Below, piece by piece: positions 18,917 to 27,659 of a DNA stretch of 28,804 nt; the stretch's first letter is position 1, and each line of letters opens with the position of its first letter. The stretch covers positions 1-28,804 of the forward strand of contig JANOEZ010000010.1 of the NCBI GenBank assembly GCA_031413335.1, given 5' to 3'. The notes beneath the pieces are model-generated. The model was not told where the DNA came from, did not search any database, and saw only the letters and a list, made by a program, of their open reading frames with translations. Made by a program: the position numbers and the translations under genes. This stretch comes from Nitrospirota bacterium. GTDB taxonomy: Bacteria; Nitrospirota; Nitrospiria; Nitrospirales; Nitrospiraceae.

Positions 18917-19480
18917 CTATTTGGTGTAGAATAATAAATTTCCCATCGGCTCTTCCTTAACCCATTCACCTTGAACCGGCCCCGTGCCGAACGTGGCCAC
19001 AAGCTGTTGCCGGGAAAAGATCGCCTGGCCGAAGACTTTGGCTTGCGAGCCGGTGGTGCGCGGGGCAAACTGCGGCTCGCCGCCGCCGAGCTGTTTCCAA
19101 TAAGTCACCAGAAAATTCGAGACCGGGGTGGTTCGCATGACCTGTGTGTCGGCCGGCAGGATGTACATCCCGGTCAGGGCGCGGACGGCGCCCTGGTCGT
19201 CCACGAACAGCACGACCGATTCTGTGAATCCGCCGGTTTTACCGGTCATGCCGCGGTCAAGATATTCTGTGGCCGTGGCCTCAAAGCCCAGCGGAGCGAT
19301 GGATTGCCTGGTCGGCGGCTGCTTTTCCAGTCCCAGCTTCACGAGGTGCTGGTCCAGCCCCTTGGCCGTGCCCAGCGGTGCCGTGGCGCTGATGTCGGTC
19401 CCGGCGCCGGCCCTGTAGAATTTCGTGTAGCCGACATAGAGCGCGCCGGCGAGAACCAGGAGAATGACCAGACCTTTCAT
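18917..19480 (-). CDS. Hypothetical membrane-anchored/exported protein
   Basis: SD GAGGAGG, N-terminal hydrophobic helix (MKGLVILLVLAGALYVGY) and an upstream TGCTAGGAT extended -10. No family recognised. Confidence 0.8.
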   Translation of the reverse strand: MKGLVILLVLAGALYVGYTKFYRAGAGTDISATAPLGTAKGLDQHLVKLGLEKQPPTRQSIAPLGFEATATEYLDRGMTGKTGGFTESVVLFVDDQGAVRALTGMYILPADTQVMRTTPVSNFLVTYWKQLGGGEPQFAPRTTGSQAKVFGQAIFSRQQLVATFGTGPVQGEWVKEEPMGNLLFYTK

Positions 19481-19582
19481 GGAGCCTCCTCGGTGAAGGG
19501 CGCGGTGCCATGTGACCGCGCAATCCTAGCATAGCTGCTCCTCGGTGGACTCCCTTTCACGCTTTCGCTACAATCCGCCTCG

Positions 19583-21193
19583 ATGCCTGAGTCCATCCCC
19601 CCTCCGGATCCGCCCAGCCGGCAACCCAGCGAGAATCACCACGTCGTCAGATCCGCCGGCGTGATTGGCCTGGCGACCTTCGCCAGCCGCATCCTCGGCT
19701 TCGTTCGGGACATGGTGCTGGCGAGCCTCTTTGGGGCCACGGCTGCGGCCGATGCCTTCTTCGTCGCCTATCGTGTTCCAAACCTCCTGCGTGAACTGTT
19801 CGCCGAAGGCTCCATGTCCTCGGCGTTCATTCCGGTCTTCACCGAATACCATACGCTCCGCGCCAAGCAGGACGCCTGGGAGCTGGCCAGCGCTGTCTTC
19901 ACGACGCTGCTCACGATCGTGATCGCCATCACGCTCCTCGGCATCCTGGCTGCGCCGGGGATTGTCTGGCTGCTGGCGCCAGGCTTCCACGGTCATCCCG
20001 ACAAATTGGCGATGACGACGATGCTGACGCGGATCATGTTTCCCTATCTGCTGTTCATCAGCCTGGCGGCGCTGGCCATGGGCATTCTGAATTCGCTCCG
20101 TGCGTTCGCCGCACCGGCGCTCTCGCCGGTCTTTTTCAATCTCTTCATCATCGGCTGCGCGCTGTTTCTTTCTCCGGCTTTTCCGGAGCCGATCCTCGGC
20201 GTGGCGATCGGGGTCGTCGCCGGCGGCGCGGCGCAGTTTGCGATGCAGGTGCCGGGATTGGCGCTGCGCGGCATGCTGTTCGGCTGGCGGTTTCAGCCGT
20301 GGCATCCCGGCGTGAGACGCATCGGTACGCTGATGGTCCCGTCGCTGCTGGGCCTCTCGGTGACGCAGATCAACATCACGGTCAGCACGATCCTGGCGTC
20401 GTTCTTTGCCGGCGGGCCGACCTATCTGTTTTACGGGATGCGGTTGATTCAATTTCCCCTCGGCATCTTCGGCGTGGCGCTGGCCACGGCGATTCTGCCG
20501 ACGCTCTCCGCGCAGGCGGCGCGCGGCGCGCTGGATGAATTACGCAGCACGCTGGCCTTCGGCCTGCGCATGATTGTCTTCATCATCCTGCCCGCGATGC
20601 TGGGGCTGATCCTGCTGCGGCAGCCGATCGTGCACCTGTTTTTCGAGCACGGCTCGTTCACCGCGGCGGACACCGTCGCCACGGCGACGGCCGTCCTCTG
20701 TTATGCGGTCGGGCTCTGGGCTTTTGCCGGCGTGCGGATCATCGTCGCGGCCTTTTACTCGATGCAGGATACCGTCACCCCGGCAAAGGCGGCGGCCGTC
20801 TCCGTGCTGGCCAATCTGGCCTTTTCGATTCTGCTGATGGACCGGCTGGAGGCCGCGGGCCTGGCGCTGGCGACGGCGCTGGCCTCGATGCTGAACGTGG
20901 GTATCCTGGTCATCGTGTTGAATCGGCGACTGGGCAGCGTGGGCTGGGCCTCGATCGCGCGGTCTGCGTGGCGCACGGTGCTGGCGACGCTGCCGCTCAT
21001 CGTGGCCTGTGTCTGGGTTGCCGGCGCGGAGGTGTGGGCGCATGAGGGCGAGTGGATCGCTAAGACGATCATGCTGGCGGTCGGCATCGGTTTGAGCATC
21101 ACGGGTTATGTCGGTGTACATGCGCTGTTGCGGTCGGAAGAATTGGATGTCGTGTGGGGCATGGTGAAACGGAAAGTGAGGAGTGAGGCGTAA
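19583..21193 (+). CDS. murJ: Lipid II flippase MurJ (MviN)
   Basis: SRILGFVRD, ADAFFVAYRVPNLLRELFAEG, AFIPVF and RLIQFPLGIFG, with many TM helices. Confidence 0.97.
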   Translation: MPESIPPPDPPSRQPSENHHVVRSAGVIGLATFASRILGFVRDMVLASLFGATAAADAFFVAYRVPNLLRELFAEGSMSSAFIPVFTEYHTLRAKQDAWELASAVFTTLLTIVIAITLLGILAAPGIVWLLAPGFHGHPDKLAMTTMLTRIMFPYLLFISLAALAMGILNSLRAFAAPALSPVFFNLFIIGCALFLSPAFPEPILGVAIGVVAGGAAQFAMQVPGLALRGMLFGWRFQPWHPGVRRIGTLMVPSLLGLSVTQINITVSTILASFFAGGPTYLFYGMRLIQFPLGIFGVALATAILPTLSAQAARGALDELRSTLAFGLRMIVFIILPAMLGLILLRQPIVHLFFEHGSFTAADTVATATAVLCYAVGLWAFAGVRIIVAAFYSMQDTVTPAKAAAVSVLANLAFSILLMDRLEAAGLALATALASMLNVGILVIVLNRRLGSVGWASIARSAWRTVLATLPLIVACVWVAGAEVWAHEGEWIAKTIMLAVGIGLSITGYVGVHALLRSEELDVVWGMVKRKVRSEA

Positions 21194-21262
21194 GGAGTAA
21201 GGCGTGAAGCGATCCATCCAAAAAGGCTCCCGTCACATCACTCCTCACTCCGTACCGCTCAC
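21174..21262. repeat. Heptamer-array palindrome at the murJ/ogt junction
   Basis: Left arm AAGTGAG-GAGTGAG-GCGTAAG-GAGTAAG-GCGTGAA (21174-21208). Right arm ...CATCAC-TCCTCAC-TCCGTAC-CGCTCAC (ending 21262) is complementary in unit. Confidence 0.85.
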
Positions 21263-21788
21263 GTCCGTCATTTTTCGAACGAAGCTCGGCTGGGCGGGCG
21301 TGGCGGGAACCGCGAAGGGCGTGAACGCGATCGTCCTCGCGAAACCTTCGCGGCGCGCCGCCGAACAGGCCCTGGGAACGAGGGCGGTGCAGGGCGAGGG
21401 CAGTCCGTCACGCGTCGCCCGTCAGGCAGTGCGCACTGCGCGGACCCAGATCGCCGCCTATCTAGCCGGCCGCCGCCGCACGCTCGACTTCCCGGTCGAT
21501 CTTTCCGGTGGCACGTCGTTTCAAAGAAAAGTCTGGCAGGCCGCGTTGCGGATTCCCTACGGCCGCGCGCGATCCTACCAGTGGATTGCATCGAAGGTCG
21601 GAGGAAAGCAGTATGCACGGGCGGTGGGCAGCGCGCTGGGGGCCAATCCGGTGCTGCTGATCGTGCCCTGCCATCGGGTGGTGGCGCACGACGCCTCCCT
21701 CGGTGGATTTGCCTGCGGCCTTGCGGTCAAGCGAAAGCTGTTGGAGCTGGAAGGCACGCTGGCGCTGCTTACGCGAGGCGCGAGGTGA
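21204..21788 (+). CDS. ogt: Methylated-DNA--protein-cysteine methyltransferase
   Basis: FQRKVWQA..IPYG, SYQWIA..G, ARAVGSALGANP and active-site IVPCHRVV. The N-terminal ~20 aa derive from the repeat element. Confidence 0.93.
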   Translation: MKRSIQKGSRHITPHSVPLTSVIFRTKLGWAGVAGTAKGVNAIVLAKPSRRAAEQALGTRAVQGEGSPSRVARQAVRTARTQIAAYLAGRRRTLDFPVDLSGGTSFQRKVWQAALRIPYGRARSYQWIASKVGGKQYARAVGSALGANPVLLIVPCHRVVAHDASLGGFACGLAVKRKLLELEGTLALLTRGAR

Positions 21789-21863
21789 TAGGTAATGGGT
21801 TATAGGCAAGAAAACAGAAAGACAGGATTCTTACCTCTCGCCCATAACCTATTGCCCATTGCC
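21784..21863. repeat. Heptamer-array palindrome at the ogt/dtd junction
   Basis: GGTGATA-GGTAATG-GGTTATA-GGCAAGA (21784-21811), a 17-nt spacer, then TCTTACC-TCTCGCC-CATAACC-TATTGCC-CATTGCC (21829-21863). Confidence 0.9.
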
Positions 21864-21871
21864 TGGTTGTC

Positions 21872-22318
21872 ATGAAAGCCGTGATCCAGCGCGTGACGCG
21901 CGCGTCGGTGGAAGTGGACGGCAGGATCGTCGGGCAGATCCGCGCCGGTCTCGTCGTCCTGCTTGGCGTGGCCAAGGGCGATACCGAAACAGACCTCGCG
22001 TATCTGGTCGAAAAGATTCCCGCGCTGAGGATTTTCAGCGACGAGGCCGGCAAGATGAACCGTTCGCTGGCTGAGATCGGCGGCGGGGTGCTGGCGATTT
22101 CGCAATTCACCCTGCTGGGCGACACCCGCAAGGGGCGCCGTCCCGGCTTCGACCAGGCTGCTGATCCGGCGATGGCCCAGCGCCTGTACGAACAGTTCAT
22201 CGAACAATTGCGGCAGACGACGGATTTGACCGTGGAAACGGGCGTCTTCGGCGCGCATATGAAAATCGATCTGGTCAACGATGGTCCGGTGACGTTTGTA
22301 TTGGACAGCCGGGGGTAA
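21872..22318 (+). CDS. dtd: D-aminoacyl-tRNA deacylase
   Basis: [25 protein letters not shown] and [17 protein letters not shown] (Gly-cisPro motif). Confidence 0.97.
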   Translation: MKAVIQRVTRASVEVDGRIVGQIRAGLVVLLGVAKGDTETDLAYLVEKIPALRIFSDEAGKMNRSLAEIGGGVLAISQFTLLGDTRKGRRPGFDQAADPAMAQRLYEQFIEQLRQTTDLTVETGVFGAHMKIDLVNDGPVTFVLDSRG

Positions 22319-22430
22319 CGGTCAAGTCCGTTCTGAAGGGACCGATACAGGAACAGGATCCCTTGCCCTTGCCAGGATGAGCAGAGGCTGGCATACTCCG
22401 GGCACTGTTTCGTGGTCGGGGAGGTGAGCG

Positions 22431-22994
22431 ATGGAAACGCGAATCCCTGAGCATCACCCGTTGCGCCGGCTGTTCGGCTCCCTGACCGAACGGCGCTTTC
22501 TCGAGACCTTGGGCTGGCCGGATCAGAACGTCACCGAGTACCTCTCCAACCTGCTCGTCGAATTCGTGCATACCGACCGGCTGTTCAAGATCCGCAACCA
22601 GCGCGGCAAACGTCTCGATACCGCTGTCGAGCTGCTGTATGAATCCGAAGTGCTGCTGGAGGCGCAGTCGCTGGACCGCGAGCAGGACGTGCATCGCCAC
22701 ATCGGTGACTTCACGCTGTTCATGGCCGGCCTCTTCCCGGAATATCTCAAGCGGCTCAAGTCCGCGAGCATGATCTATCACCAGGACTTCCTGGTGGATT
22801 ACGTCAAAACCGGCAAACGCTCCTATGGCATCGTCGCCCGCTGCGAGGGAGGCTCCGGCACGCAGACCCCGCTCTTCGTCAAGCTCTCCGAGAACTTTGA
22901 ACTCTGCGTGGCAGGCCTGGGCTTCGTTCGGGGCGATCTCGACCGTATGCAGGACCCCTCCTACCGCAAGGTCAAGGACATCCTTCTCAATTAA
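22431..22994 (+). CDS. Conserved hypothetical helical protein
   Basis: Strong SD GGAGGTG. The HRHIGDFTLFMAGLFPEYL...YVKTGKRSY...LFVKLSENFE pattern recalls an uncharacterised family seen in other bacteria. Confidence 0.85.
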   Translation: METRIPEHHPLRRLFGSLTERRFLETLGWPDQNVTEYLSNLLVEFVHTDRLFKIRNQRGKRLDTAVELLYESEVLLEAQSLDREQDVHRHIGDFTLFMAGLFPEYLKRLKSASMIYHQDFLVDYVKTGKRSYGIVARCEGGSGTQTPLFVKLSENFELCVAGLGFVRGDLDRMQDPSYRKVKDILLN

Positions 22995-23002
22995 ATTTTT
23001 AG

Positions 23003-23078
23003 TGAGTCAGAAAGTCAAAAAGTCGTAAAGTCTTAATGTCCGAAGACATGATGACTTTGGACTTTCAGACTTTATGAC
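23003..23078. repeat. Octamer-array palindrome upstream of the asparaginase gene
   Basis: TGAGTCAG-AAAGTCAA-AAAGTCGT-AAAGTCTT-AATGTCCG (23003-23042), then the complementary core GACTTT at 23053, 23060 and 23068. Confidence 0.85.
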
Positions 23079-24027
23079 GCACCATCCCATTATCCTCGCC
23101 CACGGCGGGGCCGGCACCAGGCCCATGACCGGCGACCAGCGTGAGTGCCTAGCCGACGCCTTGCGGGCCGGCTATCAACTCTTGCAACGCAGGGCTCCGG
23201 CGCTTGATGCCGTGGAGGCGACCATCCGCATGCTGGAGGCCTCCGGTCTGTTCAATGCCGGTGTCGGATCGAAACTGCAACTCGACGGCGCGCGCCGCAT
23301 GGATGCCTCCATCATGGAGGGACGAAGGTTGCGGGCCGGCGCCGTCGCGTCCATTCAAGGCATCCGCCATCCCATCACCGCCGCGCGGCTCGTCATGGAA
23401 GAAACCGTGCATGTGCTGATGGTCGGCGAGCCGGCCACACGTTTCGCGCAGCGGTTCAAGCTGGAGCGCCAGCTGCCTCCGACCCGTTCGCAGCGTGCCG
23501 CGTCCCGGGCCGAACGCAAATCAGCTGGTCAAAGAGAACCGTGGGCTGCCGAAACTCTCAAATTATTTGCCAGGCTCAAGCAAACTGATGTCCTCGGCCT
23601 GGAAACCGTCGGTGCCGTGGCGCTCGACAAGCGCGGCCACGTTGCCGCCGGCGCCTCGACCGGCGGGATCGCGCTCATGCTGCCCGGACGCGTCGGCGAT
23701 ACACCGCTGATCGGCTGCGGCGTCTATGCCGATGACGAAGCCGGCGCCGTGTCCATGACGGGCCTGGGGGAGAGCATCATCCGCATCGCGGTCGCCAAGG
23801 AAATTGTGGACCGGCTGGAGGCCGGGGCCAGTCCGTCCATGGCAATCCGTCAGGTGCTGCGCAAACTGATCTCCCGCGTGAAAGGCTCTGCCGGCGCATT
23901 GGTGCTTGCGCCGGACGGCCGCTTCGCCATCCGCCATACCACTCCACGCATGACCGCCGGTTATTGGGCCGGTGCCGGCGAGCCGGTCGTTGCGGACCGG
24001 TTTTTCCCGGAAGCTTTGACAAAATGA
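23074..24027 (+). CDS. iaaA: Isoaspartyl peptidase/L-asparaginase (Ntn hydrolase, asparaginase 2 family)
   Basis: HGGAG, LFNAG, MDASIM, autocleavage site E/TVGAVALD, STGG and GRVGDTPLIGCG. Confidence 0.93.
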   Translation: MTHHPIILAHGGAGTRPMTGDQRECLADALRAGYQLLQRRAPALDAVEATIRMLEASGLFNAGVGSKLQLDGARRMDASIMEGRRLRAGAVASIQGIRHPITAARLVMEETVHVLMVGEPATRFAQRFKLERQLPPTRSQRAASRAERKSAGQREPWAAETLKLFARLKQTDVLGLETVGAVALDKRGHVAAGASTGGIALMLPGRVGDTPLIGCGVYADDEAGAVSMTGLGESIIRIAVAKEIVDRLEAGASPSMAIRQVLRKLISRVKGSAGALVLAPDGRFAIRHTTPRMTAGYWAGAGEPVVADRFFPEALTK

Positions 24028-24092
24028 GATCAGATCATTAGTCTCTGCCGCAGAGGACCGAGACAGCGCGGCATCACATTGAGCGGAGAGTC

Positions 24093-24644
24093 ATGAGCAC
24101 ATCTGAGCCCTGGTCAACGACGCAGGATGACGTTGAGACGGCGAACGAATTCTACCAGGCCATTCTCAGCCCGCTGCAATCCGACCGTGGAGTCCATGCG
24201 GAAACAGCGGTCGCAGCAGCGGCGCGTATGGCGGGAACCTTCCTGTTCCGGTCGTTCAATCTGCCGATGACTGGAATCACGCCAGGGTCGGCGGTGTTGT
24301 CCGATGTTGCGAACGAGCAGGGCCCCAAACTCATTGGCGCGTTGTTCGGGGTATTGGGTGCGCTCAAGGTTCCGCTCGACCCCTCGAAGGTGACGTACGA
24401 CACGCCCGGGGAGAATCGACCGCAGTGGAGCGTTCTGGAGACACAATCCAGACTCGGTGCGACCTTTCGTGCCGCCGCCGCCAGGCACGGTTTGGCCGAC
24501 CGCCGCGCGGCGTTTGCGAGTGTCATGGCCGCCGCATGGCTGATTCGCGATACGGCATCGGTTCTGGATCCGCACATCGCCGCCGGCATTGCACTCTATG
24601 GGTTTGTCGAAGGCGCGAAAACGGCTCCGGCCACGGGTGAATGA
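24093..24644 (+). CDS. Hypothetical protein
   Basis: 183 aa, SD GGAGAG, helical (GVHAETAVAAAARMAGTFLFRSF ... YGFVEGAKTAP). No function recognised. Confidence 0.8.
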   Translation: MSTSEPWSTTQDDVETANEFYQAILSPLQSDRGVHAETAVAAAARMAGTFLFRSFNLPMTGITPGSAVLSDVANEQGPKLIGALFGVLGALKVPLDPSKVTYDTPGENRPQWSVLETQSRLGATFRAAAARHGLADRRAAFASVMAAAWLIRDTASVLDPHIAAGIALYGFVEGAKTAPATGE

Positions 24645-24652
24645 GGAACACG

Positions 24653-25084
24653 ATGGCGCACATTATTTTTCACCTCGCTTTTCCGGTCACCGATCTCAAC
24701 GCGGCGAAGAAGTTTTACGTGGAGGGGCTCGGCTGCACGCTCGGGCGCGAGTCGGACTCCGCTCTGATTCTCGGATTGGCCGGCAATCAGATCGTGGCGC
24801 ATCTCACGAAAGAGCCGGTGGCGCAGAAGGGCATCTACCCGCGCCATTTTGGATTGGTGTTCACGAACGAAACGGACTGGCAGGCGCTCGCGGATCGCGC
24901 GAAGGCAAAAGGCCTGAAGTTTTATCAGGAGCCCCGCCACCGTTTTCCCGGCCAGCGTACGGAGCATCGGACATTTTTCCTCGAAGACCCTTCCAGCAAT
25001 CTCCTCGAATTCAAGCACTATGCGCACGAGTCCGCCATCTTCGGCGAGCAGGACCATGGCGAGATTGGCGACGCCAAGGAATGA
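24653..25084 (+). CDS. VOC/glyoxalase family protein (COG3565-like)
   Basis: FHLAFPVTDL..AKKFY...LGC, NQIVAHL, PRHFGLVF and FFLEDPSSNLLEFK. ATG at 24653 after GAGGA. Confidence 0.9.
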   Translation: MAHIIFHLAFPVTDLNAAKKFYVEGLGCTLGRESDSALILGLAGNQIVAHLTKEPVAQKGIYPRHFGLVFTNETDWQALADRAKAKGLKFYQEPRHRFPGQRTEHRTFFLEDPSSNLLEFKHYAHESAIFGEQDHGEIGDAKE

Positions 25085-25093
25085 TCGCGCGGC

Positions 25094-25915
25094 TCATTTC
25101 GTCTCGCGAGTTGAACGCGGGACAGGCCGGGTTCCGTTCTCTTTCGGCTGGTGCGGGACGATCCGTGTCCCGCCATCGTTGCCGGTCACCGATTGCTTGC
25201 CCTCGCGTTCATTCAGCAAGCGGAGAATTTGCTGCTGGCGCACAGAGAGATACCGCGTGACCGTCAGCGGGTCATAGGCTCTGGGAGAGGGCAGCATGGC
25301 CGCCAGGAGCGCGGCTTCCTCCTGGGATAGATCGGCCGCGTGCTTGCCGAAATGGTGGCGGGCGGCGGCTTCGGCTCCGTAGACGCCCTGGCCCCACTCG
25401 ACGACGTTCAAATACAACTCCAGGATGCGCTTCTTGGTCAGATGCCGCTCGAGCGCGTCGGCAATCAGCGCTTCATTGGCCTTGCGCAACAGGGTTTTGC
25501 CGGATGACAGGTAGAGATTCTTCGCCAATTGCTGCGTGATCGTGCTGCCGCCGCGCTGCAGCTTGCCTTCGGCGAGGTCGCGCAAGGCCGCCTCTTTGAT
25601 CCCCTCCCAATCGAATCCCTCGTGAAAATAGAAAGAAGCGTCCTCGGAGATGATCACCGCGTGCTGCAGCACCGGTGCGATCTCCGCCAGCGGTACCCAG
25701 ACACGGTTGGGTTCGGTATCCGGGTCTGTCGCGCGCGCCTCCGCCAGCCGCGCTTCGATCAGTGCCGTGGTCTTCGGATTGGCCGTCGCGAGGCGCGGTA
25801 CGTCCGGAAATGTCAGCCACCAGTAGAGGGCCAGGCAGGCCGGCGGCAGGACGAGCAGGAGCACGAGGCCCAGCGCGATGCGGAGCATGATGCGGCGGAA
25901 AGTTGACTTCGCCAT
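25094..25915 (-). CDS. mtgA: Monofunctional peptidoglycan transglycosylase (GT51)
   Basis: N-terminal TM segment, SEDASFYFHEG, GGSTITQQLAKNLYL, RKANE, KKRILELYLNVVEWG and AALLAAMLPSP. No transpeptidase domain. Confidence 0.93.
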   Translation of the reverse strand: MAKSTFRRIMLRIALGLVLLLVLPPACLALYWWLTFPDVPRLATANPKTTALIEARLAEARATDPDTEPNRVWVPLAEIAPVLQHAVIISEDASFYFHEGFDWEGIKEAALRDLAEGKLQRGGSTITQQLAKNLYLSSGKTLLRKANEALIADALERHLTKKRILELYLNVVEWGQGVYGAEAAARHHFGKHAADLSQEEAALLAAMLPSPRAYDPLTVTRYLSVRQQQILRLLNEREGKQSVTGNDGGTRIVPHQPKENGTRPVPRSTRETK

Positions 25916-25938
25916 GAGCCGATGATACAGCAAAACGG

Positions 25939-25973
25939 ACGTCAAACGTGAAACGTAAGGTGTGAAACGAAAT
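25939..25973 (+). repeat. Single heptamer array upstream of engB
   Basis: ACGTCAA-ACGTGAA-ACGTAAG-GTGTGAA-ACGAAAT, ending on the engB ATG. No complementary arm found. Confidence 0.7.
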
Positions 25974-26583
25974 GAAAATTCTTTCCGTCGAATTCATCAA
26001 GAGCTGCGAGCAACCGGACCAGTTTCCAAAAGACCGGATGCCCGCGGTCGCCTTCGCCGGGCGGTCCAACGTGGGGAAATCCTCGCTGATCAATTCACTG
26101 CTGCGCCGGAAGGGGGTCGCGCGGGTGAGCCGCACCCCTGGCAAGACGCAACTGATCAACGTGTTTCGGGTGACGACCGATGATCCGGCGATCCGGCAGT
26201 TCCATGCGGTGGATTTGCCCGGGTACGGGTACGCGAAGGTGTCCAAAACCATCCGCGCCCGCTGGCAGCCGTTGATCGAACAGTACCTGACCGGCCACGA
26301 GGACCTGCGGGGCGTGCTGCTGCTGGTCGATTCGCGCAGGACGGAGCGCCAGGATGCGGAGGCCGTCGACTGGCTGCTCCGGAGCGGGCTCCCGGTGCTG
26401 CTGGTGGCGACGAAGTCGGACAAGCTCTCGCGCAGCGAGCGTGCGGGCAGTCTCGCGGCGCTTCGCAACACATTCGGGCTTCCAGCGGAGGCCGATGTGG
26501 TGGCCTATTCGTCCGTGACGCACGAGGGACGGGATGCACTGTGGCAGGCGATCAGGAAGATGCTCACCGCATCTCAGGACTGA
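25972..26583 (+). CDS. engB: Ribosome biogenesis GTP-binding protein YihA/EngB
   Basis: G1 GRSNVGKSS, G2 PGKT, G3 DLPGYG and G4 TKSDK. Confidence 0.96.
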   Translation: MKILSVEFIKSCEQPDQFPKDRMPAVAFAGRSNVGKSSLINSLLRRKGVARVSRTPGKTQLINVFRVTTDDPAIRQFHAVDLPGYGYAKVSKTIRARWQPLIEQYLTGHEDLRGVLLLVDSRRTERQDAEAVDWLLRSGLPVLLVATKSDKLSRSERAGSLAALRNTFGLPAEADVVAYSSVTHEGRDALWQAIRKMLTASQD

Positions 26584-26656
26584 GTTATGAGGACTGAGAG
26601 GGGCGGAGAACTTCTGAAGCATCTGCCTCAGTCCCCAGCACTCGGCCCTCAGTCCT
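26574..26656. repeat. Heptamer-array palindrome between convergent engB and the SurA-like gene
   Basis: TCAGGAC-TGAGTTA-TGAGGAC-TGAGAGG (26574-26601), a spacer, then CCTCAGT-CCCCAGC-ACTCGGC-CCTCAGT-CCT (26626-26656). Confidence 0.88.
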
Positions 26657-27648
26657 TATAACTTCACTTCGATGTAGGCTTTGCTCTTGAGGTCGGTCAT
26701 CCAGCTCTGGTAGCGGTCCGCGCTTTTCTGCTGAAATACGATTCCCTGCGTCTCGTTTTTGACTTCTTCCAGCGGGCGAAACTGCGCCGCCTTCTTTTCA
26801 TCCAGGCGGATGATATGGATGCCCTCGGCTGTTTCCACTGGGTCGCTGACCTGCCCCGGCTGAAGCGCCGAGATGGCCCGCTCGATGGGGGGATCCATTT
26901 CGCCCTGACGAATGAAGCCCAGGGCGCTGCCGCGGGTTGCATCGGGCGCGTCGGAGTAGCGCAACGCCAGGTCGTCGAATTCTCCGCCCTTTTTGAACTG
27001 GCCGTAGACGTCGCGCGCGCGCACCCGAAGGTCCTTCCGCGATTCGGTTTTTCTGGGCAACAGGAGGATCTGGCTGATCCGGTATTCTTCGGGAAGCATG
27101 AACAGCGTCAAATGCCGCTCGTAGAAGCGCTTGATGTCGGTCTCGGACACCATCACGCCGGTCCGGACTTCCCGGTTCTCGAGGGTGAAGAGGACCAACT
27201 GCTCCTTGAGCGCATTCTTTTCCTTGGGATTGTCGAGGTTCACCGGCGTGCCCCGCTGGGCCAGGTCCATTGCCGTCCGCCGGAGATCCTCCTCGGAGGC
27301 CTCCATGCCCTTGGTCCGCGCATGCTGCATCTGGAGCCGCCGCTCGATCATGCGAGAAAGGGCCCGGTGCTCGGCCTGCTGCAGCCGGCTCCGGAGCTCG
27401 GCGCCGCGGTGCTGTTGTTGCAGGCGCTTGCGCTCCGGCTCCATGTCCGTCTTGAGCTCGGAGAGCATGATCACTTCCTTGTTGACGACGGCGACGATCC
27501 GGTCCGTGAGATCCGCCGCATCGGTCGGCAGCGGCAGCGCGGTCGTGGCGGCCAGGACGACACCCATCAGCAGGCCGGCGCCGACACGAGGGCCGGGCCG
27601 GGGCGACCGGCGATGAAACTCGGGCATTGCGTCAGGCTGTGGAGTCAT
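26656..27648 (-). CDS. surA: SurA-like periplasmic chaperone / parvulin PPIase
   Basis: Signal-like segment, SurA N-domain DRIVAVVNKEVIMLSEL and a rotamase domain (YRISQILL, GEFDDLALRYSD, GSALGFI). Confidence 0.85.
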   Translation of the reverse strand: MTPQPDAMPEFHRRSPRPGPRVGAGLLMGVVLAATTALPLPTDAADLTDRIVAVVNKEVIMLSELKTDMEPERKRLQQQHRGAELRSRLQQAEHRALSRMIERRLQMQHARTKGMEASEEDLRRTAMDLAQRGTPVNLDNPKEKNALKEQLVLFTLENREVRTGVMVSETDIKRFYERHLTLFMLPEEYRISQILLLPRKTESRKDLRVRARDVYGQFKKGGEFDDLALRYSDAPDATRGSALGFIRQGEMDPPIERAISALQPGQVSDPVETAEGIHIIRLDEKKAAQFRPLEEVKNETQGIVFQQKSADRYQSWMTDLKSKAYIEVKL

Positions 27649-27659
27649 GGCTGCAACCG

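Noticed and set aside
18471-18929. 152-aa plus-strand ORF in the intergenic gap
   Set aside because: No SD, atypical codon usage, and it overlaps both the better-supported 18665 ORF and the end of the 18917 gene.
25094-25200. Extended MtgA C-terminal tail as a separate element
   Set aside because: The roughly 35-aa tail is low-complexity but shows no repeat structure or second copy in the window.
21174-26656. Repeat arrays as CRISPR or as transposon terminal repeats
   Set aside because: Units are 7-8 nt and directly tandem with no unique spacers, no cas or transposase gene is present, and units differ between sites.
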